In this document: in pieces, positions 27,206-37,607 of the stretch
Layout of the letters: the number at the start of each line of letters is the position of its first letter
Position numbering within the stretch: the stretch's first letter is position 1
Virus record (IMG/VR): IMGVR_UViG_3300009370_001221
Location: 1 to 64,000 of that record
Direction: 5' to 3' (one strand)
DNA length: 64,000 bases
Made by a program: the position numbers and the translations under genes
The notes under the pieces: model-generated
The model's database searches: none
Told to the model about the DNA's origin: nothing
The model's input: only the letters and a program-made list of their open reading frames with translations

Positions 27206-27760
27206 TTAATCTTCGTCTTGAAACTCTGCAGGATTTTCTTTATCATAATCCCACTTCATTTTATCTTTATCTAATTTTTTTATTGCTCGTTTTTTATATG
27301 CATCAAGTACACCAAGTTCTTTAGCACGAACAATAATTGCTTTTGCTATTTCTACTTCTTGTCTTGATGGTGGATTTGTTTTTGACCTGCCATTAAATGA
27401 CATTAATACATTTGCTATGTCATCATCCAATTGGCCAGGCACATCACGTAGCATATGTAATGCTATTGCCATATCACCTGCTTCGGCAGCTATTAAATTT
27501 GTACTTGTACCAACACCAAACTCGGCTGTTTTAATTCTTGACAACATATCATCATGACTAGATTGTCGAGCCGCTTGTTGTTTTTCTGCCTGGTAATCAG
27601 CAAAATCAGGAAAAGCCGTTACTAAACGATCAAGTTCTTTTTGTAATTTAGCAGGCGCCTTGCCAGTTTTTTCTTTAGCAATCTCTATTTCTTGATTGAG
27701 TTTTTCAATCTTTTTAGCAAGGCGATCTTTATTCTCAAGTATTACTTCATTAATTTTCAT
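27206..27760 (-). CDS. Hypothetical protein, possible internal head protein
   Basis: MKINEVILE N-terminal motif. Confidence 0.55.
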   Translation of the reverse strand: MKINEVILENKDRLAKKIEKLNQEIEIAKEKTGKAPAKLQKELDRLVTAFPDFADYQAEKQQAARQSSHDDMLSRIKTAEFGVGTSTNLIAAEAGDMAIALHMLRDVPGQLDDDIANVLMSFNGRSKTNPPSRQEVEIAKAIIVRAKELGVLDAYKKRAIKKLDKDKMKWDYDKENPAEFQDED

Positions 27761-28680
27761 TACTTATTAACGTTATCTTGATCAAATGCTTTAGGTTGTG
27801 TTGCATTTTTCTTCATCCACTTCAGTAAATTCGGCTTTGCTGTTTTAGTATTGCCTTTATTATACCATTCTGGACTATCATCACCTCTTTTTGGTGTGCC
27901 GCGGCCGATCAAGTTCCGGCCGCCGCCGATATCGCCACCGATAGGTTTTTCCATCTGTTGTCGGATCTTATCTAGCCAGTTCTGATCCATCGTCCCAGAG
28001 CCAATGCGTGTCGGCCGTTGTAAAATTCCTGGAGGAGGAGTGTTAGGCATTGCTTGTTTTCTATCCAACCCAGCATTCTTCATCATACTGTCCAATTGAT
28101 TTTGAAGTCCTGGACGAACGCCTTGTGCTGGTTTTGGTGTTGCATAACCTGGTGGAGGTGTGTTTGGACCACTTGCCACTTGTGTACCTGGTGGAGGAGT
28201 ATTTGGTAACTCCGCTACCTTTGTTCCTGGTGGAGGAGTATTTGGTAAATTACTTGGTTTTGGTGTTGCATAATTTCTACCTGGAGGGCCACTTGCTCCT
28301 GTACCTGCGGCTACTTGTTTAGGGGCATATCGTCCTGCTGGGCCATCTGCACCCGTGCCTGCGGCTACCTGTCTTGGTGCATAATTCCTTCCTGGAGGGC
28401 CACTTGCTCCTGTGCCTGCGGCTACCTGTCTTGGTGCATAATTCCTTCCTGGAGGGCCACTTGCTCCTGTGCCAGCGGCTGGTACCCTTGTCGGTGTCAT
28501 AATGCCAGCGGCGCCCATATTGCCGCCGCTTGGTCCTTCAGCGTCATGCTTAGGATCAAATTCACCACCACTTTGAAGATCTGGATCACCACCACCCAAT
28601 GCGGCTTTCTCGGCGCGCAATGCGGCAATTTGCTTATCAATTTCTTCAGCTCTACCTTCTAAAATTTGCTTAATTTTCAT
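27760..28680 (-). CDS. Gly/Pro-rich repeat protein, possible internal head protein
   Basis: MKIKQILEG N-terminus; four AAGTGASGPPGRNYAPRQV-like units and four PNTPPPG units. Confidence 0.65.
   Translation of the reverse strand: MKIKQILEGRAEEIDKQIAALRAEKAALGGGDPDLQSGGEFDPKHDAEGPSGGNMGAAGIMTPTRVPAAGTGASGPPGRNYAPRQVAAGTGASGPPGRNYAPRQVAAGTGADGPAGRYAPKQVAAGTGASGPPGRNYATPKPSNLPNTPPPGTKVAELPNTPPPGTQVASGPNTPPPGYATPKPAQGVRPGLQNQLDSMMKNAGLDRKQAMPNTPPPGILQRPTRIGSGTMDQNWLDKIRQQMEKPIGGDIGGGRNLIGRGTPKRGDDSPEWYNKGNTKTAKPNLLKWMKKNATQPKAFDQDNVNK
28260..28480 (-). repeat. About four coding tandem repeats (unit about 57 bp)
   Basis: CCTGGAGGGCCACTTGCTCCTGT..GCGGCTAC..G core repeated. Confidence 0.85.
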
Positions 28681-28709
28681 AATAATAAATCCAAGTATAT
28701 TTAATATAT

Positions 28710-29060
28710 TTATCTACTACCACCTGAATATTTAGTTGCAAAGCCATGTTCTACAAGGTAATTATTAAGATTTACTTCTTCTATCATAATTTCACCTAGT
28801 AATCTACCAAACTTACCTTTCTTATCCAAGTATGTTTTAATAACAACATTAGATCCTACTGGGCACATTTCTTGCACTTTTGCTTTAGCGGCGAGTCCTT
28901 TTTCTTTTTCTACTAAATCGCGTGTTCTACTTTCAGGGGCGTTGATACCTAATAAGCGAACTCGTTGCTTTTTAAGTATAATACTAAATCCTAAGTCAAT
29001 ATCAACATCTATTGTGTCACCATCTACAACACGATCTATTGTTGCAGGATACTCATACAT
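28710..29060 (-). CDS. Thermonuclease (SNase) family nuclease
   Basis: RVVDGDTID, RVRLLGINAPE and GKFGRLLG. Confidence 0.9.
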   Translation of the reverse strand: MYEYPATIDRVVDGDTIDVDIDLGFSIILKKQRVRLLGINAPESRTRDLVEKEKGLAAKAKVQEMCPVGSNVVIKTYLDKKGKFGRLLGEIMIEEVNLNNYLVEHGFATKYSGGSR

Positions 29061-29194
29061 TACTTTCCCTGCCCTCTATATTTTTTCCAACTGCGCTTTT
29101 TATGTTTGTTTGTTGGACGTGATCTTGTACTATTCCCTATAGATGTTTTCTTTTTAACATAGATTCTCTTTTGAAACCCTATACTTTTTGCCAT
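29060..29194 (-). CDS. 44-aa highly basic protein (KKYRGQG type seen in T4-like phages)
   Basis: Hand translation MAKSIGFQKRIYVKKKTSIGNSTRSRPTNKHKKRSWKKYRGQGK*; TAATG overlap. Confidence 0.7.
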   Translation of the reverse strand: MAKSIGFQKRIYVKKKTSIGNSTRSRPTNKHKKRSWKKYRGQGK

Positions 29195-29203
29195 GATTGA
29201 TTC

Positions 29204-30853
29204 CTAGTGTGGTCCTGGACGTGGAGATAACGTATTTGTCCCTGTTACGCCCGCTTTATTTTGTAATGCATCATCAAATACTTGACTATCTGCTAATGCT
29301 TTAGTAGCACCGGATAAACATTCTCCTAATGCTTTTTTAATTTCTGGATTTGCCATTTTAGATGACAATGAAGATGCAAACCCTGATAATGCACCTTGAC
29401 TTTGTATTTTTTTAGCCGCATCCGACATCGCTAAACTCATATCTTTCATCGTAGCATTTTCCTTTGTCATTATTGAAGTAATTTCACTAGCCGACGATTG
29501 CATAGCTGCACTGGCAGACGCGGCGGCCGCTTCAGCATCTGGTATTAATTTAGTTAATACTGCTTGTAAAGATGTTTGATCAGCTGCATCAGTTCCTAAT
29601 TCTACTTCAGCTGCTCCTGGCCCTGTTATTGTTTCACCAGTATCACTAGTTGATGTAACACTACTCCAATCTCCATTGCAGGCATTTGCTATATCTGAAA
29701 AAACTGTTGTACTAATGCCACTCATAGCACTTTTATAGTTCGTTAAAGCCGCATCCATTGGGCCATTTTTACCCATTACTGAACCCATGACATCTTTAAA
29801 CGTCTTTGCACCATTAGTTCCGCTACCACCACCAAATTGTGATGTTAAATTGGTAGCAGTTGCGGCAGTTACTTTTTCTGTTCCTGCTGGGAAATTAGGA
29901 TTTGCAGTGGCACTTAAATCTTTAACAACTGTTCCCATATCACTAGCAGTATTTAATTGTCCAAAATCATCACCAAAATCTTTAGTCATTGCTGAGAAGT
30001 TTTCTACTGCACCACCTGATGCTTTAGCATAATCCATAATATCACTACCTGATGTTAATGTAGCATCTGGTGTCTTTAATATTGTCTTTACTTCATCCAT
30101 TGCTTTAGAACTTTTAAGTGAAGAAAGAACAGATGTTGCTTGGGCAGATGTGATGCTATCTGTGTCTAAACTACCATGAGCCGCCATAAAAGCTGCTTTT
30201 GCTTCTACTGCATTACCTGCTATAAGTTTATCTACAACATCAACTGGATTTTGATCAAGTGGTAATTCTCCTAGTTTTGCTAAATTTGCTCCAGCCGTAG
30301 CACCACTAAATCCACCTTCAGGACCTCCTTCCATCATTGGGCCAAATTGTCCTGCTACTTTAGCAAGAGGAGAAGATACTGTTTCTGTAGCACCTACTAC
30401 AGCGGCATGCATTGCTTGAGCAGATTGTTCCATTGCTTGTTCCATTTGCCCAAAATTCTCAGCAAATTTTGATGGATCACCACCACCAAGTATTTTATCT
30501 GTATGTGCTTGAACTGAATCCATTAAAGTACCAGTATCTCCCAAACCACCGCCAGCAATTTTACTAGCTATTGATTTTAATTGGTCCGCTTGGGCGGATG
30601 GTATACCAAACATACCACCTTCTTGTCCGGTACATTCTAGATTAGCAATAGCATCTACCATATCTTTAGCGGCTTTCTGAATTGGCAATTCTTTAATAGA
30701 ATCTATTAATGCTTTGGTAGTTGTTGGCATAGCCAAACCATTACCTTCCATTAATTCTGCCAATGCTTCAGATTCTAAACATTTGTCTCCAACTTCGCAA
30801 CTGCCCTGGGCACCTACGCCGCCTTCTCCATAAATGCTTTCACCGCCTGCCAT
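29204..30853 (-). CDS. Ala/Ser/Gly-rich virion protein (baseplate/tail-associated)
   Basis: Composition and position directly after PAAR. Confidence 0.45.
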   Translation of the reverse strand: MAGGESIYGEGGVGAQGSCEVGDKCLESEALAELMEGNGLAMPTTTKALIDSIKELPIQKAAKDMVDAIANLECTGQEGGMFGIPSAQADQLKSIASKIAGGGLGDTGTLMDSVQAHTDKILGGGDPSKFAENFGQMEQAMEQSAQAMHAAVVGATETVSSPLAKVAGQFGPMMEGGPEGGFSGATAGANLAKLGELPLDQNPVDVVDKLIAGNAVEAKAAFMAAHGSLDTDSITSAQATSVLSSLKSSKAMDEVKTILKTPDATLTSGSDIMDYAKASGGAVENFSAMTKDFGDDFGQLNTASDMGTVVKDLSATANPNFPAGTEKVTAATATNLTSQFGGGSGTNGAKTFKDVMGSVMGKNGPMDAALTNYKSAMSGISTTVFSDIANACNGDWSSVTSTSDTGETITGPGAAEVELGTDAADQTSLQAVLTKLIPDAEAAAASASAAMQSSASEITSIMTKENATMKDMSLAMSDAAKKIQSQGALSGFASSLSSKMANPEIKKALGECLSGATKALADSQVFDDALQNKAGVTGTNTLSPRPGPH

Positions 30854-30856
30854 GTC

Positions 30857-31147
30857 CTATTCTCCTATAATAACGTCTTCACTGCCCACAGCACGTGGAT
30901 GGCCACAAGTATCTTTATCAATTTTAGTTCGCAATGCTGGCTTTCCTTCAATAATAACTGACTTACATGTTGATACAGTTTTAGCACTACAATGAGGTGG
31001 GGATGGTAATGGACAAGGTGCATGAGGAGTGACATCCATTTGAGGTATGCCTGCTTTTCGTCCATTAATTAAGACAGATTCAGCACCGCCTTGAGCGATG
31101 CCGCCTGCTGAATTAGGGTCTTTGTCCCGCTGTGCTTTCCATGCCAT
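30857..31147 (-). CDS. PAAR-domain baseplate spike-tip protein
   Basis: SVLINGRKA, VTPHAPC..PPH, SVIIEGKPALR..DKDTCGH..GSEDVIIG. Confidence 0.88.
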   Translation of the reverse strand: MAWKAQRDKDPNSAGGIAQGGAESVLINGRKAGIPQMDVTPHAPCPLPSPPHCSAKTVSTCKSVIIEGKPALRTKIDKDTCGHPRAVGSEDVIIGE

Positions 31148-31159
31148 ACTACTATTTAT

Positions 31160-31456
31160 TTAACTTGGCATGGCAAGACCAGTAGTTCCTTGGATATACT
31201 GGTCAGACATTTCTTTTCTTGTTGGTGCAATTACTATACAATTATGTTTAGAAAGAGTTACAGTGGTATCCATTTCCATTGTTAACATAAATTGACTAAT
31301 ACCTACACCTTGCGGTCCTACTTGTAGAGACATTGGCTTGTCTACTGTAATATGAGTATCTGTTTCTTCTTCAAATCTAGCAACTAATTCTTCACCAGTT
31401 ACTAACTTAATTGATATTACATCACCTTTTTTATGATTGATTTCGATTAACATCCA
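31160..31456 (-). CDS. Sm-like-fold small phage protein
   Basis: ISIKLVTGEELVAR...QYIQGTTGL. Confidence 0.55.
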   Translation of the reverse strand, partial: WMLIEINHKKGDVISIKLVTGEELVARFEEETDTHITVDKPMSLQVGPQGVGISQFMLTMEMDTTVTLSKHNCIVIAPTRKEMSDQYIQGTTGLAMPS

Positions 31457-32051
31457 TACTTTCCTTAAAAATTCTAATAGCACTATAACATATTAATAGG
31501 CCTATACCACCACCAATTACGACATCTGGTATATTGCTCTGCGTTAGTCCTACTAATATACCAGCAATAATAATACCAACACTTGATATGGCATCATTTC
31601 TACAACAAATATATGCACTCTTTAAATTAATGTCTTTATTTTTATAATATAACAATAACATAGCAGATGCTATATTACCTATTAATACAAAAACTCCTAC
31701 TAAAGTAATAGGCGTAGCATTAGGCACATATCCTGTTATTACATTTTGAATAACATACCATAACGCTAATATACCAAAACTTAACATTATTATTGCTTTT
31801 AATAATGCGACTTTTGCTTTTACTATCAGACTAGAACTCATAACAAATATACTGCCTAATAGGATTAAAGCATCACCTATATTATGAGCACTATCACCAA
31901 GTAAACTAGCAGAATGGGATATTACACCAAAATATAACTCAACAACAAACATCAACGCATTAATTAAAAAACATATAATTAAAGCATTGCGTTCACATGC
32001 GCCACATTCTTCTAAATCATGACAGTCATCGTCTAAACATATTCGAAACAT
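31431..32051 (-). CDS. Cation diffusion facilitator (CDF) metal transporter
   Basis: SASLLGDSAHNIGDA and DINLKSAYICCRND; Cys/His-rich N-terminus. Confidence 0.88.
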   Translation of the reverse strand: MFRICLDDDCHDLEECGACERNALIICFLINALMFVVELYFGVISHSASLLGDSAHNIGDALILLGSIFVMSSSLIVKAKVALLKAIIMLSFGILALWYVIQNVITGYVPNATPITLVGVFVLIGNIASAMLLLYYKNKDINLKSAYICCRNDAISSVGIIIAGILVGLTQSNIPDVVIGGGIGLLICYSAIRIFKESMDVNRNQS

Positions 32052-32284
32052 TATCCCAGTAGTAGAGTATCTGGTGTCTCCACTAGTCCATTAAATCCGC
32101 CTTCTACTAATCGATCATTGATATAAATTTGTGGAACGGTTCTATGACCTTGTTCCAAAATCCATTGGCGTGCTTCTAGATCTTGTTCGATATTTACCTC
32201 TTCATATGTTATATTTTTTGATTCTAGATACTGCTTTGCTCTTACGCAGAAAGCGCAAGAGTTCTTACTATAAATTTTGATCAT
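32051..32284 (-). CDS. Glutaredoxin
   Basis: CAFC, RTVPQIYI and GGF. Confidence 0.92.
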   Translation of the reverse strand: MIKIYSKNSCAFCVRAKQYLESKNITYEEVNIEQDLEARQWILEQGHRTVPQIYINDRLVEGGFNGLVETPDTLLLG

Positions 32285-32412
32285 ATTAAACCTTTCCAGT
32301 CTTTACTATGATCTACTTTGTGGCAATCACAGCCACAATCTTCACAGGTACAAATTCCTGTCTCATCGCATTTACAATCTGGATTAGTGCATCCACAATC
32401 CTTTTCTATCAT
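32281..32412 (-). CDS. 43-aa Cys-rich metallothionein-like protein
   Basis: Hand translation MIEKDCGCTNPDCKCDETGICTCEDCGCDCHKVDHSKDWKGLI*, 9 Cys in CxC motifs; ATGA overlaps with both nrdJ and glutaredoxin. Confidence 0.75.
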   Translation of the reverse strand: MIEKDCGCTNPDCKCDETGICTCEDCGCDCHKVDHSKDWKGLI

Positions 32413-34322
32413 ATTTCGCATCCTCCGGCTACACATGCTAATTCTTGACTGCTTGTAGTCATATCTTGTTGTTCATATTCGCTTAAAGTTTCCCAACTTA
32501 CATTTTTGGGCATACTTTGCATTGCTTGTTCATACTGTTCTTTAGTGCAATCTTGGTATGGTGCTTGCCGATACGTATGATCACTAAACGGTAAAAACGA
32601 TACACCAGACATTTGATCAAAGTGTTCATAAACCCACGCTCCGACCTCCAACCACTCGTGTTCTTTGACACTAATTGTTACTGAGGGTTTGTGTTCACAC
32701 CAATTATCTTGATAAATTTTCCATAATTCTAACTGTTCTATGGCTGTCATATCTTTTCTATAAACACCATATTGTGGCCCTTTCATTGGAAAGGAAAATA
32801 CTACAGTATGTTCTGGTTTTGTTACATCATCTTCTACAGGAAATCCTGCTTCTATCATCATTTTTGCTAATGGATCTTTTTTATCTGCTCTAACTGTTCG
32901 AATATAATATTGATTATGTCTTGCATGTATTCCACTTGCGCTATCTACTAATTGACTTACTGTACCTGATGGTTTTACACAAGTAATTGCAACAGATTGA
33001 TTAATACCAAGTCTCTTTGCCCAATCCTTATTAGTAGCAACAGCAACTTTTTTAAGTTCTGTGAGTAATTCCTCTAAACCTTTCTTTTTACCATTTGTTA
33101 ATGGATTATCCATAATACCTGTTAAAGAAACACCCAATAAACGCTCTTCATCACAATTCTGTAACCATCTCTTATTAAGATATCTAAAATTAGTAAGTGT
33201 TGATTGGAATGTGCCTAAAATAGTTGCATTAATAACTTTATCTTTTAATGTTTCAAAAGTATCGTTTGGACGAATTACTACTTCAGATAAATTACAAAAT
33301 TCTTCTGATCTTAAAATAATTTCACTGCAAGGGTTGGTGCCAAAATTATGATTTGGATCTCTACGTTCATTTTTGCCTGCTTGTTCTTTAGCGGCACGTC
33401 TGTTAAATATGCCACGCTCACCGGATTTGGACTCATAGAGAGATTTCCATTCTTCCATAAAAATACCAATATCAGGACGTTCAGTGTAACAAGCAGAATT
33501 ATTTGCTAATGCTCGTTGAGTTTGTGTTTCCCACCACTGTCCTGATTTTGCTAAACGCATTCTGTCGTCAGACAAATTTGACAAACTGATCAACGCAGAA
33601 CGCCTTACACCACCTACTACTACTATCTCCGCAATTTTACATGTAATATCATGACACTCTAAGGATGTTAGTCTACGTCCAGCGGCGCCTTTGAAAATAC
33701 CTACACAAAAATTAAATAAGTCTTCTAAAGGTTCTGGACCTGATGCTCTACCACCAAATGTTTTTAATGGAGAACCTGCGGCTCTAACTCGCGTCAAATC
33801 CCATACAGGAATTTGTCCGCCGTACAATAGATGAACTAATTCTTTGAGTGCTTTGGCCCAACCCAATTTAGAGTCACTTACTACAATAGTAGTTTCTGTT
33901 GGATAAAAATCATCAGCAACTCGGGGCATTTCATTAATCATTTGGCGTTCAACACTAAAGCCAACGCCCGTACCATTCATTAAGATATAAAGTATTTCGT
34001 CAAATGCACGTGGGTTATCAATTGCTACAAATGAACAATTATAACCCGCGACATTCTCGCGATGTAATGCCTCTCCAGCAGTCATAAGACAGCGCATAGA
34101 AGGCATTGTTTCTAAATTTAATACAGAATCTTGAAGTTTTTCTTTAAGATCTTTTGACAAATTATAACTACATGTCTCCTTTAAATGTTCTGCGAAGAAA
34201 GTAAAGTATCTGTCTACTGTTTCTTCCCATGTTTCTCGTCGATTGTCTTCATAACGGTAACGAGAGTATCTTGATAAATGAATGTATTGCTGGTATAGGG
34301 AGGGTAATTGATTATCTGCCAT
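32409..34322 (-). CDS. nrdJ: Class II (adenosylcobalamin-dependent) ribonucleotide reductase
   Basis: RETWEETVDRY, YNCSF, GGVRRSALISLS, TNPCSEI, CVKPSGTVS, C-terminal CVAGGC; no small subunit adjacent. Confidence 0.92.
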   Translation of the reverse strand: MADNQLPSLYQQYIHLSRYSRYRYEDNRRETWEETVDRYFTFFAEHLKETCSYNLSKDLKEKLQDSVLNLETMPSMRCLMTAGEALHRENVAGYNCSFVAIDNPRAFDEILYILMNGTGVGFSVERQMINEMPRVADDFYPTETTIVVSDSKLGWAKALKELVHLLYGGQIPVWDLTRVRAAGSPLKTFGGRASGPEPLEDLFNFCVGIFKGAAGRRLTSLECHDITCKIAEIVVVGGVRRSALISLSNLSDDRMRLAKSGQWWETQTQRALANNSACYTERPDIGIFMEEWKSLYESKSGERGIFNRRAAKEQAGKNERRDPNHNFGTNPCSEIILRSEEFCNLSEVVIRPNDTFETLKDKVINATILGTFQSTLTNFRYLNKRWLQNCDEERLLGVSLTGIMDNPLTNGKKKGLEELLTELKKVAVATNKDWAKRLGINQSVAITCVKPSGTVSQLVDSASGIHARHNQYYIRTVRADKKDPLAKMMIEAGFPVEDDVTKPEHTVVFSFPMKGPQYGVYRKDMTAIEQLELWKIYQDNWCEHKPSVTISVKEHEWLEVGAWVYEHFDQMSGVSFLPFSDHTYRQAPYQDCTKEQYEQAMQSMPKNVSWETLSEYEQQDMTTSSQELACVAGGCEI

Positions 34323-34481
34323 AGTTGAGATCCTTAATTATAATATCTATTATACAATAAAACGCTTTGATTGTCACGCCTTATATGTATATATCGAGAA
34401 AATGATATTTGAAGTATTTACCTGGTCTGTAACCAGATTATCCACGTGTTTAACATTTGCTAATATTAACTTCTAGGTATT

Positions 34482-36311
34482 TTAATTAATGATTTCTATT
34501 GCGTTTACAAACGAGGCCACGGTACCAGTGTTTGTAGTAGTATACTTCAACGTTGCAATACCACCACTATGAGTAACTGTAAACGAAACTCCAGTTGCGG
34601 CTGTTTCTTCATATTCATCACTAATACTTGATGCACCTGTTTTAATTGCTATATCTAAAGTACCTACTCTAGACTCTGAACCACGTGTAATTTTATAAGA
34701 AATTTTAACATCTTTTATTGAAGCTTCAGCAAAAGTAAGTCCAGTTGTAACAGCAGTTTGATTATCTGCCAATGTTATTGTTGTAGGAATACGTGCTTCA
34801 TGTTTACCCCATACTTGTTTTTCATTAGGTATATTGTAATAAACATCAGCATTATTTGTAGCAATTCTATCAAATGTTCCTACATCTCCATCTGGACGTT
34901 TAAAGTTATCTGAAATACTAGTACAATTAGATACATTTGAACTAGCATAGTTAATTACATCAGCAACAGCACTAGTAGTACCATCACCTGAGTTATTATT
35001 ACCTACATCATCAAATGTGTTGCCAACTGAATAAATGGCTGAACCATAGTCTACGTTAATGGCTTCATAATCTATATCACGAAATAAAGACCCCATTACT
35101 TTAAAACTTGTCGGGCCAGTTCCTGATGATGTTGATTCACCTAACCATATACCTCTGTTTGCAATGTCAAAATTACAATTTGTAAAATTAAAACCTTCAA
35201 TGGCGTCATTTGAATATACTCCAATTGGAACGCCCAAAAACTGACAATTGTTAAATGTAATATTTCGTGTTTTTAATGCATTTGTTTGTGTAACTTTTAC
35301 AGCAGCTGGTCTATCAGTACTATTTAAACCATCACCATTAGTATATGTGCCCATAAATGCCACATTTTCAAAATATGAATTAAGTGTTGAATCAATTTGA
35401 ATACAATCTTGTAGTAAATGTGTTGTATCTGTCGTTTTAATACATAGGTTGCTAACTACTAAACTCTGTGGTTGTATAGCACTGTTATTACCAATATTTG
35501 GTGCGATTTGATTTTTAGAATCTGATGTACGCATTACACAACTATCATGTCCTGCCGTTGTTGAAGAAGTAATAGTTACTGTAGCACTTGAATAACCTGA
35601 ACCACCATTTGTAACAGTAATTGCTGTAACTACTCCACCAACAATTGTTGCTGTTGCTGTTGCACTACTACCATCACCTGTAATTGTTACTACTGGAGCA
35701 GTTGTATAACCTGCACCACCAGCACTAACAGCAATACTCGCCACAGCACCTGAACTTAAAGTAGCGGTAGCAGTTGCATTAGTTTGTGTTTCATTATACT
35801 GTATAAGTGATTTACCTGGACCATCACCAAAAATAGTTGCCCAAGTTGGTATTTTTATTGGAGCAGTTACTTTATAAACACCTGCAGGGAAATATAAACT
35901 TCTACGTGCTTTTTGTGTAGTATCTTTAACAAACAATTCATACATTGCCCTATCAATTGCGGCGGTGTCATCTACTGAACCATTACCACTTGCACCAAAA
36001 TCCATTACACTAACATAATCATCTAACCTATCTTGCAATTTTCTAACAGTTGGTGCGCCTGCTGTGGCTCCTGTTTGAACTGTTGATGTTGCATTTCCCT
36101 CGTAAGTATAGTTTAACAATGACACAATATTACTGTGTTCTGTTAATACTTGTGTATTACCTACAATTGGCGCGCCGGCACTCGTTGGGCCGTTGCCAAT
36201 ATATAATTTACGAGAATCAGTAACCCAACCTAATTCTGCATGTGATAGTTGTGGAAGATTTGATTCCAATCCTCTACGATGTTGTATTCTTGAAATTTGT
36301 ACTATTGCCAT
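34482..36311 (-). CDS. Tail spike/fiber protein with beta-helix (pectate lyase 3-like) domain
   Basis: IQHRRG..LPQL..AELGW N-terminal module; SVMDFGASGNGSVDDTAAI and LYFPAGVY. Confidence 0.8.
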   Translation of the reverse strand: MAIVQISRIQHRRGLESNLPQLSHAELGWVTDSRKLYIGNGPTSAGAPIVGNTQVLTEHSNIVSLLNYTYEGNATSTVQTGATAGAPTVRKLQDRLDDYVSVMDFGASGNGSVDDTAAIDRAMYELFVKDTTQKARRSLYFPAGVYKVTAPIKIPTWATIFGDGPGKSLIQYNETQTNATATATLSSGAVASIAVSAGGAGYTTAPVVTITGDGSSATATATIVGGVVTAITVTNGGSGYSSATVTITSSTTAGHDSCVMRTSDSKNQIAPNIGNNSAIQPQSLVVSNLCIKTTDTTHLLQDCIQIDSTLNSYFENVAFMGTYTNGDGLNSTDRPAAVKVTQTNALKTRNITFNNCQFLGVPIGVYSNDAIEGFNFTNCNFDIANRGIWLGESTSSGTGPTSFKVMGSLFRDIDYEAINVDYGSAIYSVGNTFDDVGNNNSGDGTTSAVADVINYASSNVSNCTSISDNFKRPDGDVGTFDRIATNNADVYYNIPNEKQVWGKHEARIPTTITLADNQTAVTTGLTFAEASIKDVKISYKITRGSESRVGTLDIAIKTGASSISDEYEETAATGVSFTVTHSGGIATLKYTTTNTGTVASFVNAIEIIN

Positions 36312-36326
36312 ATCTATATTTATACT

Positions 36327-37607
36327 TTAACTGTAATTACAATTACTACAGGTTGAAGCACAAATATGTAAATTTCCATTTTTACTATTATATGGTGCAT
36401 TTACTGTTTGGAGAAATATATTTTCTGATGTATCTGGTTTCCAAGTTTGTTTGACAAGATTCATAAATCCACTATCAAATACTGCTTTAATACTTCCATG
36501 CTTTAATGCATCATTTACATCTTGTTGTAAGCCTGCGTATTTTAAAAGTTCTCGAGTATCATATGTATATTCATTTGCTATTCTTGTATGGTTCAATCCC
36601 ATCATGCAACATGGATATACATAACCATCTGCTGTAATAAAAATTCGTTGTAAATCAACTGCCATACAATCTATTTTACGATTCTCAATAAAACGAGCTT
36701 CTCCTCCACCACGTAAAATATTATTAATATCTACATTATCAAAATTATTAGTAATATTGGCATATCCACCTAAATAACCTTCAAGCCAAGATTTCTCTGT
36801 AATATCTTTCTCCCAAGACTTTTCTTGATTTAAATATTTTTTACTGACAATTTTACCAAATTCTATTGTTTGTTTCATATCAACAGTATGCCCATCAAGT
36901 GCATCTACATTAGTATTTTCTTTTAAATTTGTTGTAGCATTCATATAACCATATTCATCTATAGTTGAGTCTTCCAATTGTCCAACATATACTCCTTTGT
37001 TATCCATAACAGGAGTACCATTAGGACGATCTGATTTAATAACATCAATATTATTAAAATTATATGCTTTAGCTAATCTTTTTACTTCTTCTAATTGATG
37101 TTGATTATGCTTAAACAATATAAATTGCCAACATGCATTTCCTCCAGCATCAATAAATGCTGTTGCATTACTTAATACTTTAAGATAACTTGTATTACGC
37201 CTATAAAACGAATGCACTTCTTCTGTAGTGCCATCAATTGCCCATATTATTTTCATCCCTTTACCATACTTTGCAAACTCTGCCCAATAATGTTGCTCAT
37301 ACATTGAACCATTAGTATTGAGGGTTGCCCAAATCTCTGGATTAACACTAAACAAATATTCTACCATATCGTGCAAATAAGGATTCATTTGGGCATCACC
37401 CAGATTACCACAAAAACTTATATCGTTTAATTGTTGCAAAAATTCTTCGGGCAATAGTATTTTAAACTGCTCAAGTGTCATATTGCCTTTATATATACCG
37501 GGTTTTGCCCCATAACCAAAATAATTTCGCGGACAGGCAGGACAAGCGGCATTGCACCGCTCTGTTATTTCTATTTGAACACTTTTAATATCGTTGAGAT
37601 TATACAT
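36327..37607 (-). CDS. Radical SAM/SPASM-domain protein
   Basis: CNAACPAC, FCGNLGD, NTNGS, IDG and GYVYPCC; start reassigned to MYNL. Confidence 0.88.
   Translation of the reverse strand: MYNLNDIKSVQIEITERCNAACPACPRNYFGYGAKPGIYKGNMTLEQFKILLPEEFLQQLNDISFCGNLGDAQMNPYLHDMVEYLFSVNPEIWATLNTNGSMYEQHYWAEFAKYGKGMKIIWAIDGTTEEVHSFYRRNTSYLKVLSNATAFIDAGGNACWQFILFKHNQHQLEEVKRLAKAYNFNNIDVIKSDRPNGTPVMDNKGVYVGQLEDSTIDEYGYMNATTNLKENTNVDALDGHTVDMKQTIEFGKIVSKKYLNQEKSWEKDITEKSWLEGYLGGYANITNNFDNVDINNILRGGGEARFIENRKIDCMAVDLQRIFITADGYVYPCCMMGLNHTRIANEYTYDTRELLKYAGLQQDVNDALKHGSIKAVFDSGFMNLVKQTWKPDTSENIFLQTVNAPYNSKNGNLHICASTCSNCNYS

Noticed and set aside
28260-28480. Possible CRISPR array
   Set aside because: Units are in-frame coding repeats without unique spacers; no cas genes
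16653-34445. DnaA-box-like TTATCCAC at 16653, 17293 and 34438 as an origin
   Set aside because: Imperfect 9-mers, isolated rather than clustered
34482-36311. Diversity-generating retroelement target (tropism-determinant-like N-terminus)
   Set aside because: No reverse transcriptase or template/variable repeat pair seen in the window
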